Shown piece after piece: positions 1 through 10,432 of a stretch of 64,000 bases of DNA. The notes under the pieces were generated by a model, which saw only the letters and a program-made list of their open reading frames with translations, was not told the origin of the DNA and did no database searches. This DNA is from an uncultured delta proteobacterium (lineage in GTDB: Bacteria; Desulfobacterota; Binatia; Binatales; Binataceae), in the NCBI GenBank assembly GCA_963794325.1, contig CAWCDG010000005.1, positions 32,001 through 96,000 on the forward strand. Direction: 5' to 3'. Each line of letters begins with the position of its first letter. Position 1 is the stretch's first letter. The position numbers and the translations under genes were made by a program.

Positions 1-605
1 GGCTGCTCGCGCAGGTCGACGATTACAAGGTGGAAATCCTTCTGACCCTCGCGCTCGCCAGCGGCGGTTACGCACTGGCGGACTGGATTGGGGTCTCTGC
101 GCCGATCGCGATCGTGGTAGCGGGATTGATAATCGGCAACGAGGGCCGAGAGAAGGCAATGTCCGACGAGACGCGTTCTCACCTCGACGTTTTCTGGGAG
201 GTCGTGGATGAGATTCTTAACGCGATCCTGTTTCTCCTGATCGGAGCAGAATTGCTGCTGGTACCGCTCGACGGAGGCTATGGAGTCGCCGCGTTAATTG
301 CCGTCCCGCTTTCCTTGATCGCTCGGCTGGTCAGCGTTGCGGTCGTGGTTCTGATCCTATCGCCCTTCCGGACCATCGAGCGTGGGACTATCCCGGTGCT
401 GACCTGGTGCGGACTTCGAGGAGGAATATCGGTAGCCCTCGCACTCTCCGTTCCCTACCTTGATTACCGAAACCCGATCATCGCGATGACTTATGCAGTC
501 GTTATCTTCTCAATCGTCGTTCAGGGTCTTACGATTCGTCCAGTGATTTTGCGAACCATCCCCTCCATCCCGCTCGCAGAAGAGCCAAAGGCAACGCCCG
601 ATTGA
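1..605 (+). CDS. nhaP: Na+/H+ antiporter, CPA1/NhaP family (5' end outside window)
   Basis: Hydrophobic ORF with CPA1 motifs FWEVVDEILNAILFLLIG, TWCGLRGGISVALAL and FSIVVQGLT; the frame runs off the window start. Confidence 0.85.
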   Translation, partial: LLAQVDDYKVEILLTLALASGGYALADWIGVSAPIAIVVAGLIIGNEGREKAMSDETRSHLDVFWEVVDEILNAILFLLIGAELLLVPLDGGYGVAALIAVPLSLIARLVSVAVVVLILSPFRTIERGTIPVLTWCGLRGGISVALALSVPYLDYRNPIIAMTYAVVIFSIVVQGLTIRPVILRTIPSIPLAEEPKATPD

Positions 606-700
606 GCGGCAAATCGCTCCAGACCTCACGAAGGCCCGAAGCGCTGGCGACTCGGCCCCCGGCTGGGCGCATATTCGCCGACGGCAAGTACTATCACTGA

Positions 701-1519
701 ATGGAGATCGCCATGAGAATTCGCACAGAGCAGTTGGACGACGGTGAACGGCAACGCATGCTGAGCGAAACGACGCCACCCGATTTCCTGGATTCCTCCG
801 CCGAATGGCGGCGGATTTTTTCGGAAATCTGGGGAACGTTTCTGCTGGTCGTGGTGGCCGCGGGCGCGGACGTAGTGGCAGCGAAGAGCGGCGGCGCGGT
901 CACTTTGGGCATGGCAGTGGTGGCGCCCGGCATGATGGTCATGGTCGTTATCTACTTTATGGGCACGGTAAGCTGGGCACATCTCAATCCCGCCGTCACT
1001 CTTGCCTTTGCCGTACGAGGAAATTTTCCCTGGCGTCGCGTGCCCGGCTACTTCCTCGCACAGATTGCGGGAGGCATCGCGGCCGCGATCTTCCTTCGCG
1101 CGATGTTCGGGACGGTTGGCGAACTCGGCGCCACCAAGCCCGGTATGGACGTGAGCGCCCTGCAGGCATTGCTCATGGAAGTACTGCTCACCACAGGATT
1201 GGTGAGTACGATCCTGGGCACCGCATCGGGCGCCCGCAACATCGGAGCCAATGGCGCCATCGCGGTCGGCGGTTATATCGCGCTTGCGGGACTCTGGGCC
1301 GCGCCTATCAGCGGGGCTTCGATGAACCCAGTACGTTCTCTGGCCCCTGATCTGGTTCGCCTGGACTTCGCTGCGGGATGGGTCTATCTCGTCGGTCCGT
1401 TTGCTGGAGCGTTGATCGGGGTCCTGTTCGAATGGATTTTGAAAGGGCCCCCGACTCTTACGGGGACGATCGCGGCACAGGGCGTGCTGGAGAGCGATAA
1501 GGGCGTCAACGCGGGTTGA
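701..1519 (+). CDS. MIP family channel (aquaporin/aquaglyceroporin)
   Basis: HLNPAVT and GASMNPVRS loop motifs; about six hydrophobic segments. Confidence 0.92.
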   Translation: MEIAMRIRTEQLDDGERQRMLSETTPPDFLDSSAEWRRIFSEIWGTFLLVVVAAGADVVAAKSGGAVTLGMAVVAPGMMVMVVIYFMGTVSWAHLNPAVTLAFAVRGNFPWRRVPGYFLAQIAGGIAAAIFLRAMFGTVGELGATKPGMDVSALQALLMEVLLTTGLVSTILGTASGARNIGANGAIAVGGYIALAGLWAAPISGASMNPVRSLAPDLVRLDFAAGWVYLVGPFAGALIGVLFEWILKGPPTLTGTIAAQGVLESDKGVNAG

Positions 1520-1613
1520 AGTTTGGGTCTGCCTTTGCCGGGACGATCTACTGGCAAGCAATCCTACTATGGCTAAAGGGCGCAGGGTCCACCCGCACCC
1601 CGCCCAGCCAAAT

Positions 1614-3071
1614 TCAAGTCTTAGCCGGCCTTACAGAGGCGTGCGCGATTCCGCGCAGCATGCCGGCGAATACCAGTTGGTGCAGCGGATAGATCCCGTA
1701 CCAGTATGCGATTCCCGGCAGTCCGACTGGATCGAAGATCGCCGTTTGCCTGATCGTTGAACCGCTCCCTTCGGCTGCGACTTCGAAGTCGAGCCATGCG
1801 CGGCCCGGCAGCCGCATCTCGGCGGCCAGCCGGAGTTGACGCGGGGGATCGAACGTCTCGACGCGCCAGCAATCCACCGCATCGCCAACTTCCAGCGAGT
1901 CCCCGTCGCGTCTACGGCGACGCATCCCGACTCCGCCGACCAACAGGTCGAGGAAACCGCGCACGTGCCATAGCCACTCGCCGTAGTACCAGCCCGTCGC
2001 GCCTCCGATGCGCCTTATCGGCGCGAATGCGCCCTCCGGCGGTGCATCGACGTGCACCAAGCGCGAATCGACGAGGCGGTTGCCGAATCTGACTCCACCC
2101 CAGTCGCGCGGTTCGCCGGCCGCGGAAATTGCGTCGGACCATCGTGTCCCGCGGTAATCGAGATCTTCATTGCGCAGCGCGAGGGCGATCGCTTCACGCA
2201 CTCCTCTTGGCCGGATCGAAAATACTCTGAGCGCGCCATCGTCACGGACCACTGTCGGATGGATCATGCTGTCGATAAGTTTGCGGCCAACCCGCGCGTA
2301 AAGCGGCGTCACCAGCCCAAGCCACAGGCTCGAGAGCCGCGGCGTGAGAACGGGCACGGGAATCATCAAGCGATGCAATCCACGCTGACGCGAGTACTCG
2401 CGCAGGATGTCGCCGTAGGACACGACGTCCGCCCCGCCAATTTCGTAGATTGGATTGCCTTCGACCTCGAGCTTCAGTGCCTCGACCAGGTAATCAACCA
2501 TGTCGTTGATAGCGATCGGCTGCGCCTTCACCGCGACCCATTTCGGCGTGACCATCACCGGCAGACGTTCCGCCAACGCGCGAACCATCTCGAACGAGAG
2601 GCTGCCCGATCCAATGATGATCGATGCGCGGAACTCGATGACCTGGACGCCGGATTCGCGGAGCAGCTCGCCGACCTCGTGGCGGCTTCGCAGATGCGTC
2701 GAGAGTTCGGCACTGCTTTCGCCGAGACCGCCAAGGTAGATGATGCGCCGCAGGCCTGCCGCGCGTGCGGCGGCGGCGAAGTTGCGCGCGCCCTCGCGAT
2801 CTTTCTCTTCGAAAGATCCCGCCGACCCCATCGAATGAACCAGATAGTAGGCGGTCGAAGCGTTACGCAGAGCCGCGTCGAGGCTTGGGGGGTCGAGCAC
2901 GTCGCCGGCCACCGCTTCAGTCTTGGCCGCCAAGTGCGAGCGCAGGTAGTCGGGTCGCCGCGCCAGGCATCGCAACCGAACTCCGCCATTCTCGAGCGCT
3001 TTCAGCAAACGCCCGCCCACGTACCCGGATGCGCCGGTGAGCAGGACGACCGGCCGCTCCGACGTTGTCAT
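1614..3071 (-). CDS. NAD(P)-binding atypical SDR with C-terminal DUF2867 domain (YbjT-like)
   Basis: TGASGYVGGRL Rossmann motif, YYLVHSM, and C-terminal AEMRLPGRAWL typical of YbjT/DUF2867. Confidence 0.85.
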   Translation of the reverse strand: MTTSERPVVLLTGASGYVGGRLLKALENGGVRLRCLARRPDYLRSHLAAKTEAVAGDVLDPPSLDAALRNASTAYYLVHSMGSAGSFEEKDREGARNFAAAARAAGLRRIIYLGGLGESSAELSTHLRSRHEVGELLRESGVQVIEFRASIIIGSGSLSFEMVRALAERLPVMVTPKWVAVKAQPIAINDMVDYLVEALKLEVEGNPIYEIGGADVVSYGDILREYSRQRGLHRLMIPVPVLTPRLSSLWLGLVTPLYARVGRKLIDSMIHPTVVRDDGALRVFSIRPRGVREAIALALRNEDLDYRGTRWSDAISAAGEPRDWGGVRFGNRLVDSRLVHVDAPPEGAFAPIRRIGGATGWYYGEWLWHVRGFLDLLVGGVGMRRRRRDGDSLEVGDAVDCWRVETFDPPRQLRLAAEMRLPGRAWLDFEVAAEGSGSTIRQTAIFDPVGLPGIAYWYGIYPLHQLVFAGMLRGIAHASVRPAKT

Positions 3072-3108
3072 GTACTCGCCGGTCTGCTGGTCATCGCGTC
3101 ATCGCGCA

Positions 3109-4125
3109 TCATACGTGGTTGCGGAGCATCAGCTCCTTTGGATGTGGTTCCAAATAGATCTGGCCGCGCAGGTAGGTGACGTCGAATTCGCGGACGTAGT
3201 GCCGAAACAGGGTGATCGGCACGATCAGAGGCACGAGGCCGCGATGGTAGTCTTCTATAAGCGCGACGAGTTCGGCGCGCGCGGTCGCGTCGAGATGCTC
3301 GCGCAGGTAGCCGAGCATGTGATGCAGCACGTTGGTGTGGCGGGCCGTCGTCGCGAGTTTCTTGAGCGCGTCCATGAACGCCAGCTCGTATTCGTCGCGC
3401 AGCCGGTCGCGCGGAACTCCCTTCGCGTTGGCGACGAATCGTCCGAGTTCGCGGTACGCCTTGGGCGAATGCGCCATCAAGACGAGTTTGTGCACGGTGT
3501 GGAACTGGACCAGGCCGCCAAGCGTCCATCGCGTCGCGAAGAACGATCGGAGCCTCCTATACGCGAAGACCCGCTCGACGAAGTTCTCCCGCAGATGCGC
3601 ATCGTTGAGCCGCCCTTCCTCCTCGATCGGCAAGCTGGGATATCGGCGCATCAGTGCCGATGCGAACAAGCCGGCGCCGTCGCGCGTCGCCATTCCCGAC
3701 GGACCGTAAACGCGTACGCGCTCCATCCCGCAACTCGGCGAATCTTTCTTCAGCACGTAGCCGGAAAGATCGTCGCGCCCAAGTGCGGCGGTCCGACGCT
3801 CCGCGTAAGCGTTCATCTTGTCGGTGTGATCGATCCCGGTTTTATTCCCGACCAATCGAATACCGTCAGCCTCGTTGCCGCCGCGGACCAGCCGGATACT
3901 TTCGCGCGGAGTGCCGAGTCCGATTTCCATTTCGGGGCACACCGGAACGAACTCGACGAAGAGGCCCAGTGTGTCAGTGAGAAAGGCGCTGCGCTTGTGG
4001 CCGCCGTCGAAGCGCACCTGTTCGCCTAGCAGGCATGACGACACGCCGATTCTGATCGGCTCGTCGCTGGCGTATAGGCCCTTCGTGGCGACTGCGGCCG
4101 GCCTAGCGGTTGGGATCGCGCCCAT
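3109..4125 (-). CDS. DUF523 + DUF1722 protein (2-thiouracil desulfurase-like/YbgA)
   Basis: GVSSCLLGEQVRFDGGH, VCPE and KDSPSCG (DUF523 Cys motifs); C-terminal YLEPHPKELMLRNHV. Confidence 0.9.
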   Translation of the reverse strand: MGAIPTARPAAVATKGLYASDEPIRIGVSSCLLGEQVRFDGGHKRSAFLTDTLGLFVEFVPVCPEMEIGLGTPRESIRLVRGGNEADGIRLVGNKTGIDHTDKMNAYAERRTAALGRDDLSGYVLKKDSPSCGMERVRVYGPSGMATRDGAGLFASALMRRYPSLPIEEEGRLNDAHLRENFVERVFAYRRLRSFFATRWTLGGLVQFHTVHKLVLMAHSPKAYRELGRFVANAKGVPRDRLRDEYELAFMDALKKLATTARHTNVLHHMLGYLREHLDATARAELVALIEDYHRGLVPLIVPITLFRHYVREFDVTYLRGQIYLEPHPKELMLRNHV

Positions 4126-4143
4126 CGAGTTCGTAACTCGTGC

Positions 4144-4500
4144 TTATCCGACGATCCAGCGCAGCGCCTCGCTGGCGTGGCTCTGATCGTAGGCTCTTGC
4201 CTCCGGATGGACGAAGATCCTGATTGCGCCGATCAGCCAATGCTGCCACTCATGCGCGGTGATGACGGCGATGCGCTCTATCTTCTGTTGGTGGTTTTTT
4301 ACGAAGCCGGCATGTTTTTCAAAAGCCGCGAGATTCTCCCAGCCGTTGAAACCGGAAGCATCGATCAGCAATCTGATTTTGCCATGCTGACTGATGAGAG
4401 AATCGATTTGCGGCGCAATTTGGCGGAAGTCGTCCGCCTTTAATTTATCCGGCACCACGATCTTCAACGCGTTGGGGGAGATAATCTCTGTCTTGATCAT
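4144..4500 (-). CDS. STAS/SEC14 (SpoIIAA-like) domain protein
   Basis: GKIRLLID, IERIAVI and EALRWI patterns of the SpoIIAA-like family; GGAGG RBS upstream. Confidence 0.8.
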   Translation of the reverse strand: MIKTEIISPNALKIVVPDKLKADDFRQIAPQIDSLISQHGKIRLLIDASGFNGWENLAAFEKHAGFVKNHQQKIERIAVITAHEWQHWLIGAIRIFVHPEARAYDQSHASEALRWIVG

Positions 4501-4906
4501 GCAAGACCTCCTTGCTGGTTCACGATCAGTATATCACCAGCGATGCCTCGCTGACGTTCGTACTCTTGCTCCATTCGCCGATGGCGCGCTGATATGACGT
4601 CGCGCCATGAGATAATTCCTATAACCATGCGTTGATCATCGTGGTCCACCACTAACAAGCGCCTAACGCCCGCGTCGATCTGTCAGTTATTCAGCTTTGC
4701 GAGAGTATCTAATCGACGCAAGGATCCAACAGTCGCTTTACGTTCTACACGGCACCGTGTGCATGGGAAGTTATGTTGGGTCTTTGATAATATGGATAGC
4801 GCAGAGTCGATTCATTGGGATCGGCTTAGGAATCGAGTCCAAATTGATCCAGCGTCAACGAGAAATCGGGAATAGGACTTACGGAGTCGATTGAAAGAGG
4901 AGATTC

Positions 4907-5104
4907 ATGTTGGTTCTCATAATATTGTTGGTTTTGCTACTAGGCGGAGGCGGGTTTTACGGCTACCGCAGCGGCTACTATGGACCGCGGGGAATGGGCC
5001 TGGCGAGCATCCTCCTTGTAGTCCTGCTCATCTGTTTCGTGCTGGGCGGGATGGGAAACGGAATGATGGGCGGTGGGTTCGGACACGGAATGTATTTTCG
5101 ATGA
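4907..5104 (+). CDS. small Gly-rich membrane protein (DUF3309-like)
   Basis: ILLVLLLGGGGFYGY pattern, two hydrophobic segments, AGAGGAG RBS. Confidence 0.65.
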   Translation: MLVLIILLVLLLGGGGFYGYRSGYYGPRGMGLASILLVVLLICFVLGGMGNGMMGGGFGHGMYFR

Positions 5105-5205
5105 TCCTGAGGAACTGTGGTGCGCTGCTATCAGCAGGCGCTGATAACAATATTTGGAATCGAAGCGCAAGATTTTTAATTCGCTGACAAAGGACTAGGT
5201 GTCAA

Positions 5206-5403
5206 ATGACAAGCGCAACAACTGTAAAAGATCCTGTGTGCGGTATGAACATAGAAGCTGCTAACGCCGCCGGACACAGCGAGCACAAAGGGCAGACCTA
5301 CTACTTCTGCGGGGCCAAGTGCAAAGAGAAGTTCGATCATGGTTCGGAGCAATACCTCGGCAAGCCCGCACAAGCTCCGAAGAGCGGTGGATGCTGTAGT
5401 TAA
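5206..5403 (+). CDS. YHS/TRASH domain metal-binding protein
   Basis: KDPVCGM and YYFCGAKCKEKF motifs; C-terminal GGCCS. Confidence 0.88.
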   Translation: MTSATTVKDPVCGMNIEAANAAGHSEHKGQTYYFCGAKCKEKFDHGSEQYLGKPAQAPKSGGCCS

Positions 5404-5478
5404 AGCGAGAATCAGCACGCTGCGCACTTTTCGGATTGTGCCATGACGGCAAGACGGCCGACGATACGGTGTTCACAA

Positions 5479-6338
5479 ATGCTTAGCGGCGTGATGGTTC
5501 TGTGGTTTCTTCTCACCGCAATATCGCTGTTGTTTGTGGCGGTTGATATTCGTTCGACGCCAGCATCCCCGGTCCTCAAGTGGGGATTCATATTACTCAC
5601 CGCATACACCGGCCGGTGGGCGCATTTCTATATGTATTAGGCTGCCGCGAACCGCTACCCGGGTTGCACGAACGCTATGTCGCGACACGGTGGCGGCAGG
5701 TCCTGGGTTCGACCATGCATTGTGTTGCCGGCGATGGCGTGGGAATCCTGACTGGCGCAGTCGTCGCCAGCTTGTTCCATCTAACGAGAAGTACAGATGT
5801 CGCGCTGGAATACGTTTTGGGTTTCGGCTTCGGATGGACCGTCTTCCAGGCGCTGTTCATGCGGGGCATGGCGGGCGGTTCATATGGAGGTGCGCTCGCC
5901 AGTGCCTTCTTTCCGGAGTTGCTATCCATGAACTCCCTCATGGCCGGCATGGTACCTGTGATGACTTTGGCAATGGCCAGTACTCCGGCGAGCCATGATC
6001 CATTAGAGCCGTCATTCTGGTTCATTATGTCAATGGCGCTGCTGGTCGGTTTCATCACCGCATACCCCATGAACTGGTGGTTGGTATCGCGGCACATGAA
6101 GCACGGCATGATGACGGTGCGGCCGCCGAACGAGGCCGCGGAACATGAAGCGCCTAAGAGCATGCGAGATAGTCACCCGCACAACGATCAATCTGGCGGC
6201 CTGCAAGAAAGTAGCAAACCTCCAATGGGCGGTGATGCGAAAGCGGTATCCAAGAGCATGCTCACCTCGATGACAATCCTTTCGTTCGTGATATTTGGAT
6301 TCGGGCTATCGATCGCGCATATCTTTGGCGGCCTTTAA
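5479..6338 (+). pseudogene. DUF4396 membrane protein, frameshifted near 5613 (real lesion or sequencing error)
   Basis: N-terminal frame ...KWGFILLTAYTG continues as PVGAFLYVLGCREP in another frame; STMHCVAGDG and AYPMNWWLV motifs of DUF4396. Confidence 0.75.
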
Positions 6339-6785
6339 AGGGCAGTCGGCGCGGAAATCGCGATGCCGCGGCGGCTAAGCGCGCGACTATCCGCGATATT
6401 TGACTCAGCACAGGCCCGACACCGGGTATAGGACGCAGCCGGCAATAGTGCTAACGCGTCAACTGGCTACTGAAAGAATTTCTTTCTCGCGGTCGTCTAC
6501 AACGCATTCGGGTAACCGAGCTTTCGCTGCCATTCGTGCTTTAGATAACCAACCGGTTGCCGGGTTCATTGGATGCCCAATGCATGCTCAACGTATAGTT
6601 CGGCGGTAGCAGCACTATTGTTGGGAGACGAAATTGCAAGCAGCTAGGGCTACATCACTGTTGGCGTCGCGAAGTGCTCTAACCTGTGGCAGAAGTTTCA
6701 AGAGCGAGCTTCATTCTTTAAGGGCACTTATTCCGGTTAGGAAGGCAACCAAGTTAGATCACCCGGAAGTCCGGAGACGCGGTTA

Positions 6786-7004
6786 ATGAAACTTCGAGAG
6801 ATCGGAATCCGGCGTTATCTGCAAGTCTCGAGCGGCTTGATTATTTTTGGCCTGCTCGTTGAAATTTTCACCCTGCTTTGGTTTAGCCCACTTTCGTTTG
6901 TGCTTTTTGTGGCCGTCGGTGTGACCCTGATAGGAGCGGGCATCCTGGTTTATCTCGTTTCGCTGGTCTTTGCTGTTGCTCCACCTGCAAATGATCGCGC
7001 ATGA
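6786..7004 (+). CDS. small two-TM membrane protein upstream of the multiheme cytochrome
   Basis: 72-aa hydrophobic ORF that resembles the ORF at 15479. Confidence 0.6.
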   Translation: MKLREIGIRRYLQVSSGLIIFGLLVEIFTLLWFSPLSFVLFVAVGVTLIGAGILVYLVSLVFAVAPPANDRA

Positions 7005-7060
7005 AATAGGAACTCTCACGCTGGCCTTAGATCCGGCGGGCGCGAAGTAACTGGGAAGTT

Positions 7061-8677
7061 ATGCTCGGACTAACCGGTATCCTAATCGCCCTAATCGTAC
7101 TGACGATCATTATGGCTGCAGTGTTTCTCGTGGATCCGTCCGTGACTGTGGAAGCTTCGGGCAAGGTTCTCGCCTTCATCGCGTTATGCATTCTCCCCGC
7201 GCTATGCATCGTCACGGGCATGTCCTTTCACAATGAGCGTTCGCAACAGACCTCATACTGTGTTTCGTGCCACACCATGGTAACCCACGGGCAAAGTCTG
7301 CGCGTGCTTGATACGCATTATATCCCTGCCCAACATTTTCAGAACCACCTCGTGCCGTCGGACAAGGCCTGTTATACCTGCCACACCAACTACACCATGT
7401 ACGGTCCATTGAAGGACAAGCTTAGAGGCTTAACCTATCTGTACATGGAGTATCTGAGCACTCCACCAAAGACACTTCATCTAATCGGCACGTACCCTAA
7501 TTCGGAGTGCCTGCACTGCCATCTGGGTACCCGCGACTTTGAAGATAATCTCGCGCGCATGCCGCCTTTGGCTGTGCTCAAATCGAATAAAGTATCGTGC
7601 ATTTCAAGCGGTTGCCACGATATGATTCACAACGTTTCCAAAATTGATCATATGAAAATGTGGACTGGCGGACCGGTGGCTTCCGATTCGTCCTCAGCCT
7701 CGGCAGCTAACGCTAACCCAGCCGCCGCGAACGGGCCAGCTGGAGGTTCGGCGGGCAAGACTGCTGAGAGCGGGGGCAAGGCTATTTTCGATTCTCACGG
7801 GTGCAAAGGATGCCACGGAGAGTCTGGTGGAGGCGGTGCCGGGCCGGCGCTGACTGATATTTCCACTAAGTATCCGTCCGCTAAATTGACGACTCTTCTC
7901 AAGGCCCCGACGGCCAAGATGAAGACCGCCGGCATGGTCCCGCTGACCTTGAATGCTGCTGATATGAAAGCCCTGGTTACCTACCTTGGCAGCCTTGGCG
8001 GCAAATCAGGCGCAGCAGCAGCGACACCATCTAGTTCCGGCTCGTCCTCTAACGCGAAGCCGGCCGCCGCAAACGGGCCAGTTGGACGTTCGGCGGGCAA
8101 GACCGCTGATAGCGGGGGAAAGGCTATTTTCGATTCTCACGGCTGCAAAGGATGTCATGGAGAGGCTGGTGGCGGCGGTGCCGGGCCGGCGCTGACTGAT
8201 ATTTCCACTAAGTATCCGTCCCCTAAATTGACGGCTCTTCTGAAAGCTCCGACCGCCAAGATGAAGACCGCCGGCATGGTCCCGCTGACCTTGAATGCTT
8301 CTGATATGAAAGCTCTGGTTGCCTACCTTGGCAGCCTTGGCGGCAAACCAGCCGCCTCTGGAGCTGGCACGAAGCCAAGTGCCGCGGCCGCGTCATCGAA
8401 ACAAGAGCCCGCAGCGATGTATCACAGCTTCTGCGCCTCCTGCCACGGCGACAGCGGGAAAGGAAACGGGCCCGGAGCGTTGGCATTTAATCCGCCGCCG
8501 ACGGACTTCACCGACTGCGCAAAAATGAAAATGCGTTCCGACGAATTCCTCTACGAGGTTGTGGCGAAGGGTGGTTCGGCGGAGGGTTTGAGCCGCACGA
8601 TGCCGGGTTGGTCGGAAGCGTTCACCGCCAGTCAGATACATGGGATCGTAGAGTATGTGAAAAGCTTTTGCAGATAG
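7061..8677 (+). CDS. membrane-anchored multiheme cytochrome c: NapC/NirT-like domain plus three class I cyt c domains (7 heme motifs)
   Basis: Two N-terminal TMs; motifs CVSCH, CYTCH, CLHCH, CISSGCH, CKGCH twice, CASCH. Confidence 0.85.
   Translation: MLGLTGILIALIVLTIIMAAVFLVDPSVTVEASGKVLAFIALCILPALCIVTGMSFHNERSQQTSYCVSCHTMVTHGQSLRVLDTHYIPAQHFQNHLVPSDKACYTCHTNYTMYGPLKDKLRGLTYLYMEYLSTPPKTLHLIGTYPNSECLHCHLGTRDFEDNLARMPPLAVLKSNKVSCISSGCHDMIHNVSKIDHMKMWTGGPVASDSSSASAANANPAAANGPAGGSAGKTAESGGKAIFDSHGCKGCHGESGGGGAGPALTDISTKYPSAKLTTLLKAPTAKMKTAGMVPLTLNAADMKALVTYLGSLGGKSGAAAATPSSSGSSSNAKPAAANGPVGRSAGKTADSGGKAIFDSHGCKGCHGEAGGGGAGPALTDISTKYPSPKLTALLKAPTAKMKTAGMVPLTLNASDMKALVAYLGSLGGKPAASGAGTKPSAAAASSKQEPAAMYHSFCASCHGDSGKGNGPGALAFNPPPTDFTDCAKMKMRSDEFLYEVVAKGGSAEGLSRTMPGWSEAFTASQIHGIVEYVKSFCR
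7708..8348 (+). repeat. intragenic tandem duplication (342-bp period) of a monoheme cytochrome c domain
   Basis: gctattttcgattctcacgg occurs at 7781 and 8123; near-identical DNA and protein (GKAIFDSHGCKGCHGE...MVPLTLNA). Confidence 0.95.
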
Positions 8678-8769
8678 ACGGCAAGTGCCAGAAACACTCG
8701 CGAAGTGCGCTTGACGCAACGCACATCCTTTCCGAGTTGAGGTGGGTTAAGGACGGAGTAGAGGCGCAG

Positions 8770-9648
8770 TTACTTCTTGTGCGACCCCTTCGGCGGCTTA
8801 CCGCCTCGCTTCGCCTGCCGCACCACCGCGGCGTGATACTTGTGGCGAATTTGCGCAATGTCCACCTGGGCCGGCGGCAGCTTCAGGTCCATGTCCTCCA
8901 TCGTGTCGGCGAGGATCTCGGAAATGGCCAGGCTGCGGAACCACTTGTGATCGGACGGGATCACGTACCACGGGGCGTGCTTGGTGCTAGTCCTTTCCAG
9001 GACTTCCTCGTAGGCCTTCATATACTCCGGCCACAGCTTGCGTTCCGAGTAGTCGCCTTCGCTGATTTTCCAGTGCCGCATCGGGTCATCGAGGCGCTGC
9101 GCGAAGCGCTCGAGCTGCTCCTCCGGACTGATGTGTAGATAGAACTTGAGGATGCGCGTGCCGTTGTCGTGAAGCATCTTTTCGAAGTCGTTGATCAAGT
9201 CGTAGCGCTTCGACCACACCGACTTCGGCACCATCTTATGCACGCGCACGACCAACACATCCTCATAGTGCGACCGATTGAAGATCACGACTTGCCCTTT
9301 GGCCGGCGTGTGCAGGTGAGCGCGCCAGAGGAAGTCGTGGGCGGCTTCGATCTTACTCGGCTGTTTGAAGCTGGCGACCAACGTCCCCTGCGGGTTCATC
9401 GCAGTGAACACGTGGCGCACGACTCCGTCCTTGCCGCCGGCGTCCAGCGCCTGCAGAACGACCAGCAATGACTTGCTGCCGTCGGCGTAAAGTAGATACT
9501 GCGCCTTGGCTAAGCGCTCGACGCGCTTCTGGATCTCCGGCGTCGCGTCTTTGTGCGATTCGTCGTGCTTGTCTTTAAACCCCGGGTCAATCTTATCGAG
9601 CCTGACCTTTGCGCCAGGCTCGACGACGAATCTCTTGCGGTAGTTCAT
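8770..9648 (-). CDS. ppk2: polyphosphate kinase 2 (class III-type)
   Basis: QALDAGGKDG Walker A, HDFLWR, FNRSHYEDVL and HAPWYVIP motifs. Confidence 0.92.
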   Translation of the reverse strand: MNYRKRFVVEPGAKVRLDKIDPGFKDKHDESHKDATPEIQKRVERLAKAQYLLYADGSKSLLVVLQALDAGGKDGVVRHVFTAMNPQGTLVASFKQPSKIEAAHDFLWRAHLHTPAKGQVVIFNRSHYEDVLVVRVHKMVPKSVWSKRYDLINDFEKMLHDNGTRILKFYLHISPEEQLERFAQRLDDPMRHWKISEGDYSERKLWPEYMKAYEEVLERTSTKHAPWYVIPSDHKWFRSLAISEILADTMEDMDLKLPPAQVDIAQIRHKYHAAVVRQAKRGGKPPKGSHKK

Positions 9649-9704
9649 AGTTAACCTTGTTCAGACTCCGGGAGCACGCTGCCGCTTAGTCGCGGCGACG
9701 GCCG

Positions 9705-10379
9705 TCAGGCGGTCGGGATGTGCGCCGGCGCCGTTCGGGCCTTGGAACCGCGGCGCAGCAGGATCGCCGATGCCAGCGCGATCGCGATTGCGATCAGAAG
9801 CAGCACCACGGCGAACCAGAGATAGGTTTCTATCTCGGTGCCAATCAACGCCGCCAGCGCGAGAAATGCGCTGACCCAGTAAAAGCTCCTGTCGAAGTGA
9901 ACGCCCGCGAGAAAACAGGTCACAGTCAGCAGCAGGATGACCGTCAAAGCGACCGCATCGGTCGACATCTGGCCTCGTGTATGCTGCATAAACAGGATCT
10001 TCACTGCGACGATCGGTCCGACCCAATGCAGCGCCTGGCGCATAAGCATTCGCCAGAGTGCGATCTCATACGCCCGTCCGGCAGCCAGTTCGTGCGCAAG
10101 GCAGGCTACGCCGAAGATGGGAAACATCGCGCACCAGTAGAAGAGCGCCTTGTCGCTGGAATAGTTCGACAGGAAAAGCCCGATCATCACCAGTACGCCG
10201 AGTACTCCGACCACCACCAGGCGGCGGACGAACATCGATTCGAGCCCTCTCGCCCACGTGCTGGCCTGCATCAATGGCGACGGTGAGTTAGGAGGCTGCG
10301 ACGAGGCAGGCGCATGAGACGGAAGTTCCGCGGTTGAAGCTTCCGGGGAATGATTCAGTTCGGATTGGTTGAGGCTCAC
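9705..10379 (-). CDS. hypothetical multi-pass membrane protein
   Basis: About six hydrophobic segments; co-oriented between the P-type ATPase and ppk2. Confidence 0.65.
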   Translation of the reverse strand: MSLNQSELNHSPEASTAELPSHAPASSQPPNSPSPLMQASTWARGLESMFVRRLVVVGVLGVLVMIGLFLSNYSSDKALFYWCAMFPIFGVACLAHELAAGRAYEIALWRMLMRQALHWVGPIVAVKILFMQHTRGQMSTDAVALTVILLLTVTCFLAGVHFDRSFYWVSAFLALAALIGTEIETYLWFAVVLLLIAIAIALASAILLRRGSKARTAPAHIPTA

Positions 10380-10432
10380 GGTTAATTCGATCCTCTGTGA
10401 AGTTGCGGAGTTTCGGAACTAAGTGCTTCCCT

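Noticed and set aside
4844-4858. TTGAT-N5-GTCAA as an FNR/FixK box
   Set aside because: The spacer is one base too long for TTGAT-N4-ATCAA and there is no second supporting site
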